Shown: in pieces, positions 1-13,433 of the stretch
How positions within the stretch are numbered: the stretch's first letter is position 1
Layout: every line of letters begins with the position of its first letter
DNA from: Octopus bimaculoides
Taxonomy: Eukaryota
Assembly: GCF_001194135.2 (NCBI RefSeq)
Contig: NC_068984.1
Span: 98,214,259 to 98,278,258, forward strand
Direction: 5' to 3'
Length of the DNA: 64,000 nt
The notes under the pieces: generated by a model
Seen by the model: the letters and a program-made list of their open reading frames with translations, nothing else
Database searches by the model: none
Told to the model about the DNA's origin: nothing
Translations under genes and position numbers: made by a program

Positions 1-56
1 GTCATAGCTAATACCTACATTTAGTGTTGGATGGTGAATTAGCAGTATCCGGAGAG

Positions 57-60
<4 letters not shown>

Positions 61-99
<39 letters not shown>
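61..99. repeat. (AT)n microsatellite
   Basis: Pure AT dinucleotide run. Confidence 0.95.
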
Positions 100-102
<3 letters not shown>

Positions 103-424
103 TTCATCATTTAACATTCTCTCTCATCTAAAAAGATACCAGATATATATTTTGTGACTAAGTCAGTCTCAACTGCAAAAATTTGCTGAATCTATTCAAA
201 AAGATTCAACGCTTATATTTGATGTACAGCAGCCTGTTGCTTTTTAGTCCTAGATCTGCCTTGATAGAGCAAATATATGATCTCAAGCATTCTAACCATG
301 CTTTTCACATTTACTATGTGAGCGGATCAAGATCTATATTAGCCATTCTGCTCCTATTTTTCCGGATGATAGTTTGTGATTTGCTGAAGGTTTAGCTATT
401 ATTCATTATAGGATGGAGTAAAAG

Positions 425-722
425 GAGTAAAGACCTCCTTCAGTTTTGAATGACCATGGAAATGCACCTAGAAAGTTCCCCTCTGATGCATGAGTCTGGG
501 CAAGGTTGATTATGGAAGCAGTCGCCCATGCATAGCGACCTCCCCTTTCCATGCCACTGATGTTATCCAAGGGAAAGGCAAATACTAATACAACTTGGCA
601 CCAGTGACATTGAAACTCATTTCTACAGATGAGTGAACTGGAGAAATGTGAATTAAAGTATCTTGCTCAAGAACACAACACACAGCACAGTCCAGGATTT
701 GAACTGACACTCAAGATTGTGA
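425..722 (-). mobile_element. Degenerate tRNA-derived SINE
   Basis: Minus strand has a B-box-like GTTCAAATCC followed by GTTGTGTTCTTGAGCAAGATAC; a related remnant is at ~44990-45180. Confidence 0.55.
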
Positions 723-2295
723 GATAATAAAAGCAAGTGTAAAATATATTAACTGGATGTGCTCATAGCTACTCTAGGAAAAAATTCCAAGTGAAAACAA
801 GTAAGGGGAATATTTAGAAATACTGTATATTAAGTTGTGGCCTAATTAAATAATTTCTTTGTTACTTAACCCTAAAATCCTGTTATTGTTGTGCAACTTT
901 ATTGGTAAACTTTTTTTTATTCACTGCCTGCAAATTCAATTGAAATCGTTTTTTCAAACAATAGCTATGCTTTCTGGAATCTTGCCAAAGTGTGCAGCAG
1001 ATTGTGTTGTGTGTTGCCTTAACACAAACCTGGTTTGGTCACTGAATCTCTACTAAAGCAAAAATTGTGTATTGTCTAATTGGTAGTTGTGGTTATGCTG
1101 TAGTGGTGGTTGCAGTAGTTGTTGTGATGTTGATAACAAGAGTAGTTAGTGTTGATGTTTATCTCCAGTCATTCTTGATAGAGCATCATATTGTTTGACT
1201 CTTTCAGGGAGTCAAAGTTTTTTATGTTCTCATGTTCTCGTGTAGCTCCTTCTCACAATGCAACAAAAGAGTCTAAATGTTGCTGGTTGGTCTGCTAGAA
1301 ATAGGACCAAAATGCCCCTAAAAAAATCATCCTACAGTTTTTGAAAAGGGACACATTGGATGGTTTTGTTAGGATAAAACTGAAAGATGGGATGTTCATT
1401 CCTGGAATACATTGATTATCAGTCTAATCAGTCAGGGTTAAACTGGAGTTATACACCAGCTTTCTCAAGTTGAATCTCTTGAGAAAAAATATTTTATTGA
1501 GTAAGTTTTACATAAAAATTTAGATTATCCTTCACACACAGAGGTGGAGTCAATGACTGGATAAGGTAGCTACTAACAAATAGGTCATATATTGAAATCT
1601 CCTGCATATCATTAACAGAATGCATTCAAGATGTTTGGTTGCTATTTCTAGCAGATCGAGTGGTTATAGAGAGGCTCTTTCATTAGCTCAACAAGGCACT
1701 TTGTAGTGTAAATGATAGCATGTTCCTCAGGGACTTATTTTGTTGTCTTTATTGACAAAACTCGTTACCCCTCAGTTCTCTCTGTCAGAATTAAGTACCA
1801 TATCTTTTGAAATTGTTAGCTGCAATAGACTATTGTCTTGTCTTGAGTGATTTATCTCTTGGCTCCTTCACACTATGAAATCAGAGTAAATCAACAATTA
1901 TTAAAATCCTTTCAAGAGTTAGGTAGATTTCTTTTTATTTTTTATTTAATTATTCACACCAGACTGTTGTTTGTAAATACATATACAACTTGCAATGTGG
2001 GCTGTTCCCTTCAATATTTGTTGAGCGGAGATTGCCGTTATTTTAGTATTTTCTCAGTGCCAGTTCTTCCAGCTGCGCTGAGCAGCAGTAATATTATATG
2101 AGGGAACATCCAGACTTTTTTTGCCCACATAATACACTTTTTTCCTCTTGTTACTCATGCTGCTTCCAACCTTTTGAAGGCCAGCTGCACCCACATAGAC
2201 AGACTATGCAGGAGCTATTTTGTTTTATTACTTACTAAGGCTTTACTCTTTCTTCTTAGCTTTGATCATTATCTCACATGTTGCTTTTTTCTAGC

Positions 2296-2500
2296 ATAAT
2301 GATGATGATCATCATCATATAGCATCCATTTTCCATACTGATATGGGTTTGACAGCTTCACAGGATCTGGTGAGCTATAGGACCATGTTGAGTTCCAATG
2401 TCAGCTTTGGTATGGTTTCTACAGCTGGATGCCCTTCCTAATGCCAACCACTTTATAGAGTACATTGTGTGCTATACACGTTTTGGGCCTCTGGCATTGG
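2296..2500 (-). mobile_element. RTE-family 3' UTR/tail fragment
   Basis: CATCATCAT...TTTCCATACTGATATGGGTTTG...TTTCTACAGCTGGATGCCCTTCCTAATGCCAACCAC is shared with copies at 29357, 40660-40831 and 62503. Confidence 0.7.
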
Positions 2501-2823
2501 TGAGGTTGCCAAGTAACTTGAAAGACAATATAAGAACAAGGAAAAAGGAAAAAAGACTCCTTGACTAAATAGAGGTGGAGTATTTGAGAGAGGAAGGAGG
2601 GGCAATGGTTCTGTGCCAGGAAAGATCATCCCAGCTTTTATGATGTTATGTAAAAGTCTGCTTATGATCCTGATCAGATTCACATACATATGTACGTGTG
2701 TGCACACGCCAAACTTTTCACGAGAAAGCAAATAAATCTTCTATTACTTTTGTTTTTTTCACTTAAGTATTTAAGGTAAATATTTACATTCTATATTTTC
2801 ATTGTACTAATTTCTTTTCATAG

Positions 2824-2975
2824 GCAATGTTTAGATAAAGGGATTAGCAGAAACTGCCCTACTTGCCGTCTACCATTTCATGCTAGAGATGTGAAAGACC
2901 ATCTACTTGTATGTAATTTAGTTGACTTGTGTAAGCAGCTGCGAGAAATTGTTTTCAATCCAACTGCAGTAACAA
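2824..2975 (+). CDS. BARD1: BARD1 orthologue, exon encoding the C-terminal half of the RING finger and the following helix (phase 2 in, phase 1 out)
   Basis: tttcttttcatAG acceptor and GTGAG donor at 2976. 152 nt translate as xQCLDKGISRNCPTCRLPFHARDVKDHLLVCNLVDLCKQLREIVFNPTAVT, with C-x8-CPxC spacing as recalled for human BARD1 (C-VSDCIGTG-CPVC). The last base A plus GT of the next exon gives Ser in frame. Not in the ORF track. Confidence 0.88.
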
Positions 2976-3662
2976 GTGAGTTTTTTTTTTTTTTTATCTG
3001 AATTAGTCTTATGGATTTACTGTCACGTAATCACTATAGTGATGTACAATTCTAGTTTTTAAACTATTTTTAGTACATTGACATGGAGGCTGCTTTGTAA
3101 ACCTTTTTTTACTTCATCAACTTTTTTTACTAAATTGTTGTAAATTGTTTTCACAACATTGACATAAAGATCTGTTTTATAACTAATTTTACTCCATTGG
3201 GGCAAAAGCTTGCTTTTTGAACTATTTGTACCACATTGTTGTGAAGATCTCCATGGTGAAGTGCTTTCACTAAATTGGTAAGGAATTGTTTTTTTTTTAA
3301 GCTGGTTTTACTACATTGGTGCAATGGCCTGCTTTTTTTGTTTTTATTACATTGATGTGAAGGTATCCTTTGCCAGCTAATTTTACTATATTGGTACAAC
3401 AGTTTCTTTTTGAACCTGTTTTCACCATATGGTGTGTGTGGTTTTTATGATATTGATGTAAATATATATTTCTAAAGTGTTTTTTTACTATATTTCTAAA
3501 AAGACTTATAAATTGTTTTCACTGCACTGTTACATTAATTTTTTTTTTTTCACATCATATAGTTATGTTTGTTACCTGTTTACTGTTTTTATGAAACTGA
3601 TGGGTGTCAGTTAGAAGCTATTGTATCATTACTTCTGACATTATTATGCCAAACTCGAATAG

Positions 3663-3850
3663 TTATCCCTTTAGCATTTAAACCAGCCATATCTGGCCTA
3701 AATATTCTACCTGTTTTATGTTCAAATTGATTGTATCTCTCACACTTACCTCCAGCATCTTGAGATCAGCCTTCACTACTTCATCCCATGTCTTCCTGGG
3801 CCTCCCTCTTCTGCAAGTTCCATCCATTTTAAGCAATCGGCACTTCATAA
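3663..3850. mobile_element. Partial piggyBac-type MITE end fused to an RTE 3' ORF fragment
   Basis: 3663-3752 matches one end of the MITE at 11075/60874 (CCCTTTAGCATTTAAACCAGCCATATCTGGCC). 3753-3850 on the minus strand encodes GRPRKTWDEVV, the RTE C-terminus. Confidence 0.65.
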
Positions 3851-3998
3851 GTATTAATATGTATGAGTGGACAAATGAAAGAAAAAGGCACTCAACACAT
3901 TAAATTGGAGTTACATGTATTATAATTTAAAACTGTTTGATTCAGCTCCATGTGACTTAAAATTTTGCAAGGCTTCTTACAGAAACCTAGCTTCTTCA

Positions 3999-4230
3999 AG
4001 GCGGCAAGGTGGCAGAAACGTTAGCACGCTGGGCGAAATGCTAAGCGGTATTTCATCTGCCATTATGTTCTGAGTTCAAATACTGCCGAGGTCGACTTTG
4101 CCTTTTATCCTTTCGGGGTCGATAAATTAAGTACCAGTTACTCACTGGGGTCAATGTAATCGACTTAATCCCTTTGTCTGTCCTTGTTTACCTCCTCTAT
4201 GTTTAGCCCCTTGTGGGCAATAAAGAAATA
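3999..4230 (+). mobile_element. tRNA-derived SINE, full length, with 18-bp TSD
   Basis: TSD AGAAACCTAGCTTCTTCA at 3981-3998 and 4231-4248; A-box-like TGGCAGAAACG and B-box GAGTTCAAAT; core GTCGACTTTGCCTTTTATCCTTTCGGGGTCGATAAATTAAGTACCAG. Many decayed copies elsewhere (e.g. 13435, 19300-19800, 24480, 39640, 44170-44850, 46590, 53340). Confidence 0.9.
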
Positions 4231-4492
4231 AGAAACCTAGCTTCTTCAGTCTTAGATTACTGAATGGAGAAATACAGGAAGTCTAAGATGGCTACTGGAA
4301 ATTGGGTTGCTATTGGTTAAGGCAGGTTACATGGTGTTGTTTGAAGTGAGATCAAAATTTCAGCAACAGCAGATGCATTAGAAAGGAGAAGTTATTGGAC
4401 TGCATTGCTAGACAGGAAGCTGGTGGCACCTTGGTGTCTGGCTGGCCTTTGAAGGGACTTAGAAACTGACAAAAGGAAGGCCAGAGAGAGTG

Positions 4493-4527
<35 letters not shown>

Positions 4528-4699
4528 CAAATGTAGCCATCTTGGACTGTATTTCTCTGTTTGATAATTTGAGCTTGAACAAAATATATAAAGGCATGGA
4601 GGGAAAGTGGAGAGGCCTGCAGTAAGTGGTGGGGATGGTGGAGAGATGGGTTGTAGGGCAATTTTGCCAGAAGACAGAATTATGTATGTGTGGGGGTGT

Positions 4700-5486
4700 T
4701 AGGAGAAGGTGGAGTGTGGTAGTAAAGGATCTGCTTGTATGTATAGATGGCTATGATTTTACTTAGCTTGATATGTCTTCACAAGCACAGCAAATCACCA
4801 GAAGTCTTGGTCTCTTGTCATCTCCTCTGTATCATCTCAGTATCATTTCTCCTCACTTCATCCCATGTCTTCCTGGGTCTACCCCTTCCACAGGTTCCCT
4901 ACACAATTAAAAGCTCAGAATTTCCTTATGCAGCTGTCCTTATCCATATGCTTCATATGACCATACCAGTGTGGTCTTCTCTCTTGCACACTACCTCTTT
5001 TACCCAGTTTTTTTCTTAAATAATTTATATTCCATCGTATATGCACACTGACATCCAGCACACTCTGCTGGATGGACATATCCATCCAGCAGAGTGTGCT
5101 GGCTTCATTTCTTTCAAGCCATCACATATCCTCTATAGTCACAGTCCATGTTTCACTACCATGTAGTACAGCTGTCCATACACAGGCATCATACATTCTG
5201 CCTTTTATAATCAGTGGGAGGGTCTTTGTTACCAGCAATGATAGTAACTCTCTGAACTTCGCCCAGCTCATTCTTATTCTAGCAACTATGCTTTCAGAGT
5301 TTCTTCCTCCACTGCTAACTTGGTCACCTAGGTAATGGAAACTATTACTCTTAAGGATTCCCCAGACATTTAAGAGAATCTATTGTCTGTACATTCCTAG
5401 TGTTTATTGTACGTACACATCTTCCACACAAAAAGACTAATTTCTCTGTTAACCTTCCTGTAATACCACTGCACCACTTATGTGTC
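4700..5486 (-). mobile_element. RTE-clade LINE 3' fragment (decayed)
   Basis: Minus-strand peptides LGDQVSSGG..ESIVARIRMSWAKFRELL..KGRMYDACV..LHGSETW and ERRPHWYGH..GRGRPRKTWDEV. Confidence 0.85.
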
Positions 5487-6189
5487 CATTATTAAGGCTG
5501 CCAGTTCACAGCCTTAATAATGATAATAATAACTTAGAATAGGGAATTAATCAGAATTCAATATCAGTCATCAAATTATTTTAACAGATTACAAGAAGAA
5601 AATAAGTGCCAGCATCCTTGTTCTGTTACATTGTTAATCCGTTTCCTCTTTATAGTTGTGCCTTCTTATATCTTTGTGCCATTACACACAATCAATATGT
5701 ATGTATATGTGTGTTATTTACTGGTTCTGTGCACTGATGCTAGCATGACTGAATTGTCGCACTTTCAACTGGATTCTTTCCAAATCAGTTGGTTTTCGTC
5801 CAGAACCTTGAAATAATTGCTTCCCTCATCTCCATTAATACATCACACCCTCAGTGGTCCTACACTCCATCCAGAATGCTTGTCTCTCCCTTTCTCATCA
5901 TTCCTGTACCTTGTACCCTCCCTTAGCTAATCACTTTATAAAATTATCCCTCTTCCAAAAAAAAACAAAAAAAACCCCTCAGAAACTTCTTATTTGCCCA
6001 CTTTTTTTCCTGGAGACATTGACTTAGAGAAGTGAAAATGGACTGTATAAATTTTATATGTCTCTAAGTGCGTATGAAGGTTGTGAGCACTGTCCCTTCC
6101 TTTTAGTGGAACTGCACATGTGTGTATACATACATACATACATACATACATAATTTTTGTATCTGTTTTTCTATGCTTACTAAAGTTGA

Positions 6190-7990
6190 ACAGATTTTCT
6201 CCATCTCAGCACCTCACCACCTGTTGCAGTCCTTTGTTGTCTCTTTAATGAGGTTCAGCCTCCCGAGCTCATCCTTCGCCACTTCCTCCATGTCTTCCTG
6301 TGTCTTTCTCCTCTGCAGGTTTCTTTTTTCTTTTTAGATTGTTTACCACTTCACCCAGCTTGTCTGTACTAGCCCAGTGTCTTCTTTTGCACAATGCATT
6401 TAATGTTTTATAACCAGTTATTATCTCAGCTCATTCGTGTTCTGCTTAGCAAATTATGCTTATCTCCTTTCTTTCTGTTTTTAGTATAATCTTTACAGTC
6501 AATACTATTTTACTATTGTACAACATTGCACTTCATACACAAATAATTTGCCTTTTAGTCAGAAAGAGAATCTTTTTGTTGTTCTCTCTTTGAGTAAAGT
6601 TGATAGCTCCTTCAGCTTTCTCTATCTTGTTCTTAGTCTGGCTACTTTGCTCTAAGAAAGTAGCTAGACTTTTAATGGGTCGTCTTGGTAACAGAGGGTA
6701 TCAACTACTCTGGCAGTTTCTGAGTACTTGAAAGAATTTATTTCATGAGTGTTCTCACCGCTAACTACTCTCCTGCCTTTACAACATACAAAGCCTTCCT
6801 GTGATCCTACAATATCTGTTGTTCCTCCATTATTCTCATTGGATACACTGTACAGAATTCCTACCTACTCTTTTTCTGCATATCATGCATGGTCACTTCT
6901 TAGATGGTTGTAAACTATTGTTTGCTGCCTTACTAAGTAAATTTTTACTTTACTAGGGTTACTTTGAGACCTTTGATTCTTAAATTTTGTTTCCACATTT
7001 GTAATTTTTCCTACAAACAGTTGGTGTTGAACTCTTCTTTAATTATCTGGAGAGCTGTAATAAACACCAGAGTTGCTAAGTTGAATCTATTAAATTCCTT
7101 CCTGAACACATTGTGGACTCTTACTTGCTGACAGTATTACTGTACATGACTTACATGATAGCTCTCACAAACTATTCATTTATTTTTAATTTTCTTAGCA
7201 ACCACTACATTTGTGGTGTCCCTGTCAGAAGTCTATTATAGGTCAATGAATGTCAGATATAGAGTCTCAACCTTAATCCTAATTCATTGTGCTATGACCC
7301 TTTATTACTTTGTAATGCAGTTCATAATTTTTAATGCATCTGTATTTGCTTCTTTCTCAAGCATCTCTTTGCCCTTGTAGCATTTGATGAAGGTACTATG
7401 TCAGTCATTGAGTATGACACCTCTCCATGCTAAATGAATGTCTGTACAGTTGATTAGCTGATGTCATGGTTCACCAGATATTTTCAGTATTGCAGTGGTT
7501 ATCTTTAATGACCCAGCTACTTTCTCTGATTTCACATATTTATTGTTTTTGACTATGTAGTTGATAACTTCAGTAACTGGTCTCTCTGTTGGGTCTGATT
7601 CGAGGTAGCCTATCTTTCTCTCAAGTATGTTTGTCATTCAGCAACCTCTCGCAGTAACATTTATAAAACTCTCTCTTCTTGGTGATATCTGCTGGGGCAA
7701 GTCCATTATTATCAGTCTTTGATTTGCAGTCAACACTACTATGCAATCTGTGAAACTTTACATCTCTGATCTTCTTTCCACACAATTAAGGAAGTATCTG
7801 TGCCCGTAACCTTCACTGATACTTTAAGAGTGATAAGACTGATGATCTTCTTGAATGACTGTCAATCAATGAGTGATTGAGAAAATGGTTGATGTCCTGA
7901 GGAAGAAGGATTGCACATACTGATTAGTGCAGGAGAGAATAGACAAAACATTGGTAATGATAGATGGAAAGACAAGTGATCTGGGTAGCT
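6190..7990 (-). mobile_element. Highly decayed RTE-clade LINE
   Basis: Remnants of RT motifs (LYLTFIDL..DR at ~7200-7270) and a C-terminal RKTQEDMEEVAKDELGRLNL; many stops and indels. Confidence 0.6.
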
Positions 7991-8677
7991 GTGAGTATGG
8001 AGGTGGTATGAAGCCAGCCAACTCAGAAGAGCAGAGGCTACTATAGTAGCACTAACAAATGTAAAATGAGAATATAGCTAGTTTGTGATCCAGAGGCTGA
8101 AGTGTGTTGGTGAGTGAATGATTAATTTGATAATTGTGACAATAGTGACACAGCAAAAGCCATTGTGGTCTATGTTTAATATTCTATACAGTGCACTGAT
8201 GGCTAAGAAAAAGTGTTCTACCAGGCTAATTTTATTCCTCTGTTGGGATTTCTCAAGTGGCTGACTACCTTCTTTAACAGTCCACAAAATCAATTCTTAT
8301 AAACCTAGTATTACTAAGGTTTTAAATTAATCAAATATCTTGATTTGCATCTCTAACCCATTCTTAGCCACTAGTTTTGATTATTAAACTATTGTGTTGT
8401 TTTGTTTCAAAGCTGTACTCTGCTAAAGAATATATTTATAGATTTTAGCAATAATTCATTAAGTATCTCCATAGACAGTTATAGTGGTTGCTCAGTCACT
8501 CATCAGATCTCAATACAGAATTGGCAACTAGAATGTTGTCAGATGCTCACCAGTTCTTTTCTCATCAGGCTGGTGTTCAATTAACTCTTGCATTCTGTAG
8601 ACGGTCAATAATGTATATTTTTGAGTTGACTCTTACTTTGACAAAGATAAACTAACCTAGCTTTTCTGAAGGACTCT

Positions 8678-8730
8678 CAGCTTGGATAACTTCCAGCTAT
8701 GGATAACTTCCAGCTATGGATAACTTCCAG
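8678..8730. repeat. 17-bp tandem repeat (TGGATAACTTCCAGCTA) x~3
   Basis: Exact units at 8683 and 8700, partial unit at 8717. Confidence 0.9.
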
Positions 8731-9386
8731 TGATCATTGGCTTGGTAGTGATACTAGAGGTTATTTGTAGTTTGAGTAAACTCTATTATGGTGACAAGAG
8801 CTTGACCTGTTTGCAATATGCACAGAGTGCAGTGAACATCCTGTATGTCTGAATATTGCTTGTTTCTGGACTTACATCAAATAGCTGTTGTCACATGTAG
8901 GACAAATGGGTCCATCAGAGAGCTCACTCGGTCACCTTCCTTTAACTGGGAAGGGCAAGCAGTTTTCTTTCTGGGAGCTAAGGTAGAAAAGCTGAAATTT
9001 GCTAAAAGATAGGTGGGAATAGTAGCTTTAGCAAATGAACTTACTCTCAGTATACTCCTGTGATCTAGGGAACACAACCGGATGAAGTTAGTTGTCCTTA
9101 GCAATATAAGGGTACTAAAGTATCTGATTATCTTCAGTGGCTGTATCCTCATTGTTATATTCTATTTCTTTTTTTTTTATACTTATCTTTTACAAATCTG
9201 TTTTTTTAAAAGGATTCTATCCTACTAACCTTCCCCACTCCACTGTTTTTGTGATTTGTAATGTTGCCTTTGTAGCAATTAATATTATTATTACAACTAT
9301 TTTCATCATTGCTTTGTTTTATATGAGCTGTTCTGAGTTGTATTTTTTTGTGTCAATATTACTGATCTCATTGATGGGCCATTTTA

Positions 9387-10250
9387 TGAGGTGGTATCAA
9401 AAAGTTCCTGGACTAGTTCTGTAGTATGGTAGCACATGGTTGCATGAGCATTGAGGGCTACCAGTGACTTTCTTGAAATAGTGTTCCAAGTGACATCACT
9501 GTGTTTACTTGGCAAGTTGTGGAATTTGTGTTCTTGTGGTTACATGTATGCTGTAGTCAGTGATTTTGTCATGGACGAAACAAAGAGCCAATGTGAAATT
9601 TTGCATTGAACTTGGGAAGTCTTCTACAGAGACATTGAGCATGCTTCAGCAAGCTTATGGTGATGAGGCAATAGGTTGTACACAATGTTTCAAGTGGCAT
9701 GAGTGCTTCAAAAGCAGAACATCCTTGGAAGATAATGAGTGACATGGAAGACCTGCCATGTGTGTCACTCCTGGAAATGTAGTATTGTGCATCGAGAATT
9801 TGTTCCCCAGGGCCAGACTATCAATCAAGAGTTCTATTGCGATGTTTTGAAGCATTTTAGGGAAGACATTCAGCAAAGGCAACAAGATTTGTGGGGCACG
9901 AAGAATTGGATTCTTCACCGATTTCTCCTCACTCATGATTTTCTTGCTAAAAACAACATGCTATTGCTTCCACACTTGCCCTATTCACCAGATTTATCAC
10001 CTGCAGACTTCCATCTCTTCACCAAGATGAAAATGCAGCTCAAAGGTTGTCATTTTAATACCATTGTTGAAATTCAGAGCGAATTGTAGAAGGTCCTTGA
10101 CTCACAGAAAACAACTACTAGGTCGGTTTCCAAAAGTGGCAGGAATGCTGGGCTTGGTGGATTGTTGTGCAAGGTTACTATTTCAAAGGTATGATATTAA
10201 AGCTGTAGATCACAACAGGTGTAGCCAGGATATTGATAACATCAACCTTA
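9387..10250 (+). mobile_element. Internally deleted mariner (Tc1/mariner) element
   Basis: TA then left TIR-like TGAGGTGGTATCAAAAAGTTCCTGGAC; N-terminal HTH QRANVKFCIELGKSSTETLSML; catalytic-region IVHREFVPQGQTINQEFYC...YSPDLSPADF; the WVPHEL region is absent; right TIR is degenerate at ~10222-10250. Confidence 0.85.
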
Positions 10251-11074
10251 TTAAATTCACTTTTTAGAATAGCTCTAATGCTTCACTAACATTCTTTACA
10301 TATTTTTTTTTCTTGTGCATTTGTGTGTATTGGATGCCATCCTCTTCAGACATATCTGAATACTTGTAATTTTCTTCAGGATCCAATTCATTGATTATGT
10401 TAATCTTGTCTAGTTATATGCTGTTTGTTTTCAAGATTCTTCCTTTACATAATGTGCTTTGATACCTTTATCATGGCCAAAGTCCATTTTAATATCATCA
10501 CTAAATTGTCTTACTATTACTTCCTAAAAAGCTTTAGATCATCTATGTAAAGGAGGTGATTAAAGGATTTTGCTGTTGTATTTAGCTTGCTTTTGTTTGA
10601 GGTTTTTTTCTCTACCAGTGGGAAATTTAAGTGGAGTTAAAATTTGTAATCCCATTTAAGGATAAGCTGATTATCTTACATTCATATATCAATGTATATG
10701 TTTACTCGAATACAGACATATATATGCACATTTATTCTCTTACACATATGTAACATACATATATATACATACAAAAATATATACTCACTCTTGTCTGGAT
10801 TTATTTGCATATACAAATATACATGCATTGATATATTTAAATTTATGCTTCTGCACACACACATAAACGTTAAGACACACACAACATTCATGTTTAGATA
10901 TGTATACGTAGACTTACATACAAATTCACTATTTTTAAAACATCCCTCTGGTAATTCAGTTGACTGTATCTTTCCCTTTCACATTTGAGATGTTGTACCA
11001 ATATATGAAAGTATTGCTAAAAATAACTTGAATTTGAGAAATGTAACAATGATCTGTGGTGGCAAAAAACACAT

Positions 11075-11302
11075 TTAATCCTTTAACATTCAGATTACTT
11101 TATTGAATGTAATTCATATTTATTCACATATTTTGAATTTATCATACATTATCTTGTAGCTTTGAGATTTCAATGATCTGATTATTTATTTTTAGGATGA
11201 CATTGTAGGACAGGTGTGAGAAGCCTGATACAGCCAGTTTGACTATAAAACAGGTAGAATATTTTGGGCCTGATACAGCCAGTTTGAATACTGAAGGATT
11301 AA
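11075..11302. mobile_element. piggyBac-type MITE (~228 bp)
   Basis: TTAA-TCCTTTAACATTC...GAATACTGAAGGA-TTAA: TTAA at both ends with inverted termini; an inverted full copy is at 60874-61100. Confidence 0.75.
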
Positions 11303-11830
11303 GGAAATTTGTGAATTAAGACTTTTTTATTTTATAACACTTTATCTCATTCTGTGAGTTTTATGAAATTCTTATTTTGGTAATGAGTAGAGAGATTACT
11401 ATGGTATCAAGGACAATGCCTTGTGGTATTGAGTTGCTTCTTTCTACATGTTAAGTTCAAATCTCACAGGACTCAATGGTTGCTCTACATTCCTCTGATG
11501 TTTAGCATCATATTGATTCTAATTCAGCTGACTTATGAAAAGCATTCCAGCTATGATCATCATGCTTATCTATTGTTCATGTATGTAATGTGTAACTTAG
11601 CACTGCATGACTCAAAATCTTCCATTTTTTAAGATAGTTTGGTGTGATTTGTGGTTAAATTTGGATGCTATTTCAAGGATTTACAGGTTGTCTCATAGGC
11701 TCAGTTCTTCTGATGTTGTTAAAATGAGAATCAGTTATATACACATCTCACAGAAATCTGTTGTGTGTATGTCCCAATGGAAAAGATTATTCTTTGTTTT
11801 TCAGCATGAAATTCTTTATTTATTATTTAG

Positions 11831-12348
11831 GTGATGATGAAGATAATACTAAAACTAGAGAAGACCCCATTTATTCCTTGTCATCTAGAAGCACCAATAA
11901 CAAAACTGAGGTCATCAAACCGATTTCTATCAAGTCCAGTGAGACTAGTGCTCTCAGCTTGTTTGCACATGAACTGGATAAGCAATCACAGGAAGCTATT
12001 TTTAGCCAAACTCCAGAGAACTTGCCACCAAAAAAACTGAGATCTTTGGAAAGAAAAAATATTTCCAAAGCTGCTAAGGCAAGTTTATTGCCAAATGAAA
12101 AACCTTGTATAACTAAGTATAAATCAAAATCCAGCTTGAAACATTTAAACTTGCTTAATGCATCTGATTCATCTTTGAGATGTAGCTTCTCAAGATTCTC
12201 AAATAAAGGCCGTAAAAGGTCAGCACCAGCCCTTGTGAACTTAGCATCTCCAGAACCTAAGTCACCACAGACAAAAAAACCCAGGTCCCCTGCCATTATG
12301 AAGAAAAATGCTAAAGGAGAGACTCCATTGCATGTTGCAGTGATAAAG
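11831..12348 (+). CDS. BARD1: BARD1 orthologue, linker exon ending in the start of ankyrin repeat 1 (phase 1 in, phase 0 out)
   Basis: tattatttAG acceptor and AAG|GTAAGA donor at 12349. 518 nt open: DDEDNTKTREDP...KKPRSPAIMKKNAKGETPLHVAVIK. Confidence 0.92.
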
Positions 12349-12594
12349 GTAAGACTTGAGATTTCTTCGCCTTGTGTTAGTGTTTGTTTCTTACAGTTCA
12401 AGAATTTTGTAGTTCATTTCCTCCTCCTTTATTTTCTTTAACATAGGTGAAAAACACTGTTGAACTTCCAATGTAAGGTAATATTCTCAAATGGATGTTA
12501 AAACTATAATGATATTGATAATGTCAATAAGGACTTTGATATTGCTAGTATCTACTGGCTACAGATGCTATAATAATAATAATGATAATATTTA

Positions 12595-12936
12595 TAAATG
12601 CCCTGATGCAGCGGTACCAGGCAGTGGCTTTCATGGCTTCTCATCTTAACTGAGTAGAAATGTTATCATGTACATTGTTATATCTTGGTATAAAAGATGG
12701 GCTACAGCAAATATTCTGCTCAGTGCCACAGATTTGCATGTCAATTGTTTGACCTTAACTAATTGAGCAGATGATATGTGCATCTCTGATCACGAGCAGA
12801 AGTAGTGGGAGAGCATCACAGCCATGTGTTGAGAGGAATTCTTTGGGGTTTGGATAATTCACTTCTGGAAACATGGGTGTTTTGTTCAAAATCCTTAAAC
12901 AACCCTTATTCAGGAACCTTTTGAGCGGAATAGGTT
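12595..12936. repeat. Interspersed repeat of unassigned class
   Basis: Composition shift after an (AAT)n run; resembles a repeat recalled from octopus DNA; no diagnostic termini seen. Confidence 0.35.
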
Positions 12937-13075
12937 ACATTATTTACATTTGACAGATGTTTGTCCTCATCTTGTTCCTTAATGCAACCTTTCAGCTGAT
13001 ATACCCTCCAGCCTTCATCAGGTGTCTTGGGGAAATTTCAAACTTGGATTGTCATTCCTAAGGTATTTTTTAATG

Positions 13076-13129
<54 letters not shown>

Positions 13130-13200
13130 TCACTGCCTGGAATCGAACTCGGAATCTTGGTCTTAGTAGCCTGTGCTCTTAACCACTATGCCATATGCCC
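12937..13200 (-). mobile_element. tRNA-headed SINE with hammerhead motif, copy A
   Basis: Minus strand: GGCATATGGCATAGTGG (A box), GAGTTCGATTCC (B box), (AAT)n, body, then a hammerhead-like motif at 12981-13026. Confidence 0.85.
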
Positions 13201-13383
13201 GAAAAAATCCTAACTGGGCCCCACCTGCAAGGTCATGCACTGTTTATCTTGATATGAGATCACCATGTCATGCACATATTGTTGTGATGCATGTGCCTGG
13301 TGTATCCTTATTAGTCATGATGGGTATACTGGGCTTCGTATATTTTATTCCAGTGTCACTTTGATGGCATGCACTGCTCTCTC

Positions 13384-13433
<50 letters not shown>

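Noticed and set aside
1-2823. Exon for the first half of the RING (CxxC...CxHxFC)
   Set aside because: I could not find one by eye; it is presumably upstream of the window.
11761-12441. 226-aa ORF as a single-exon gene
   Set aside because: Only 11831-12348 is bounded by splice sites; both ends are intronic read-through.
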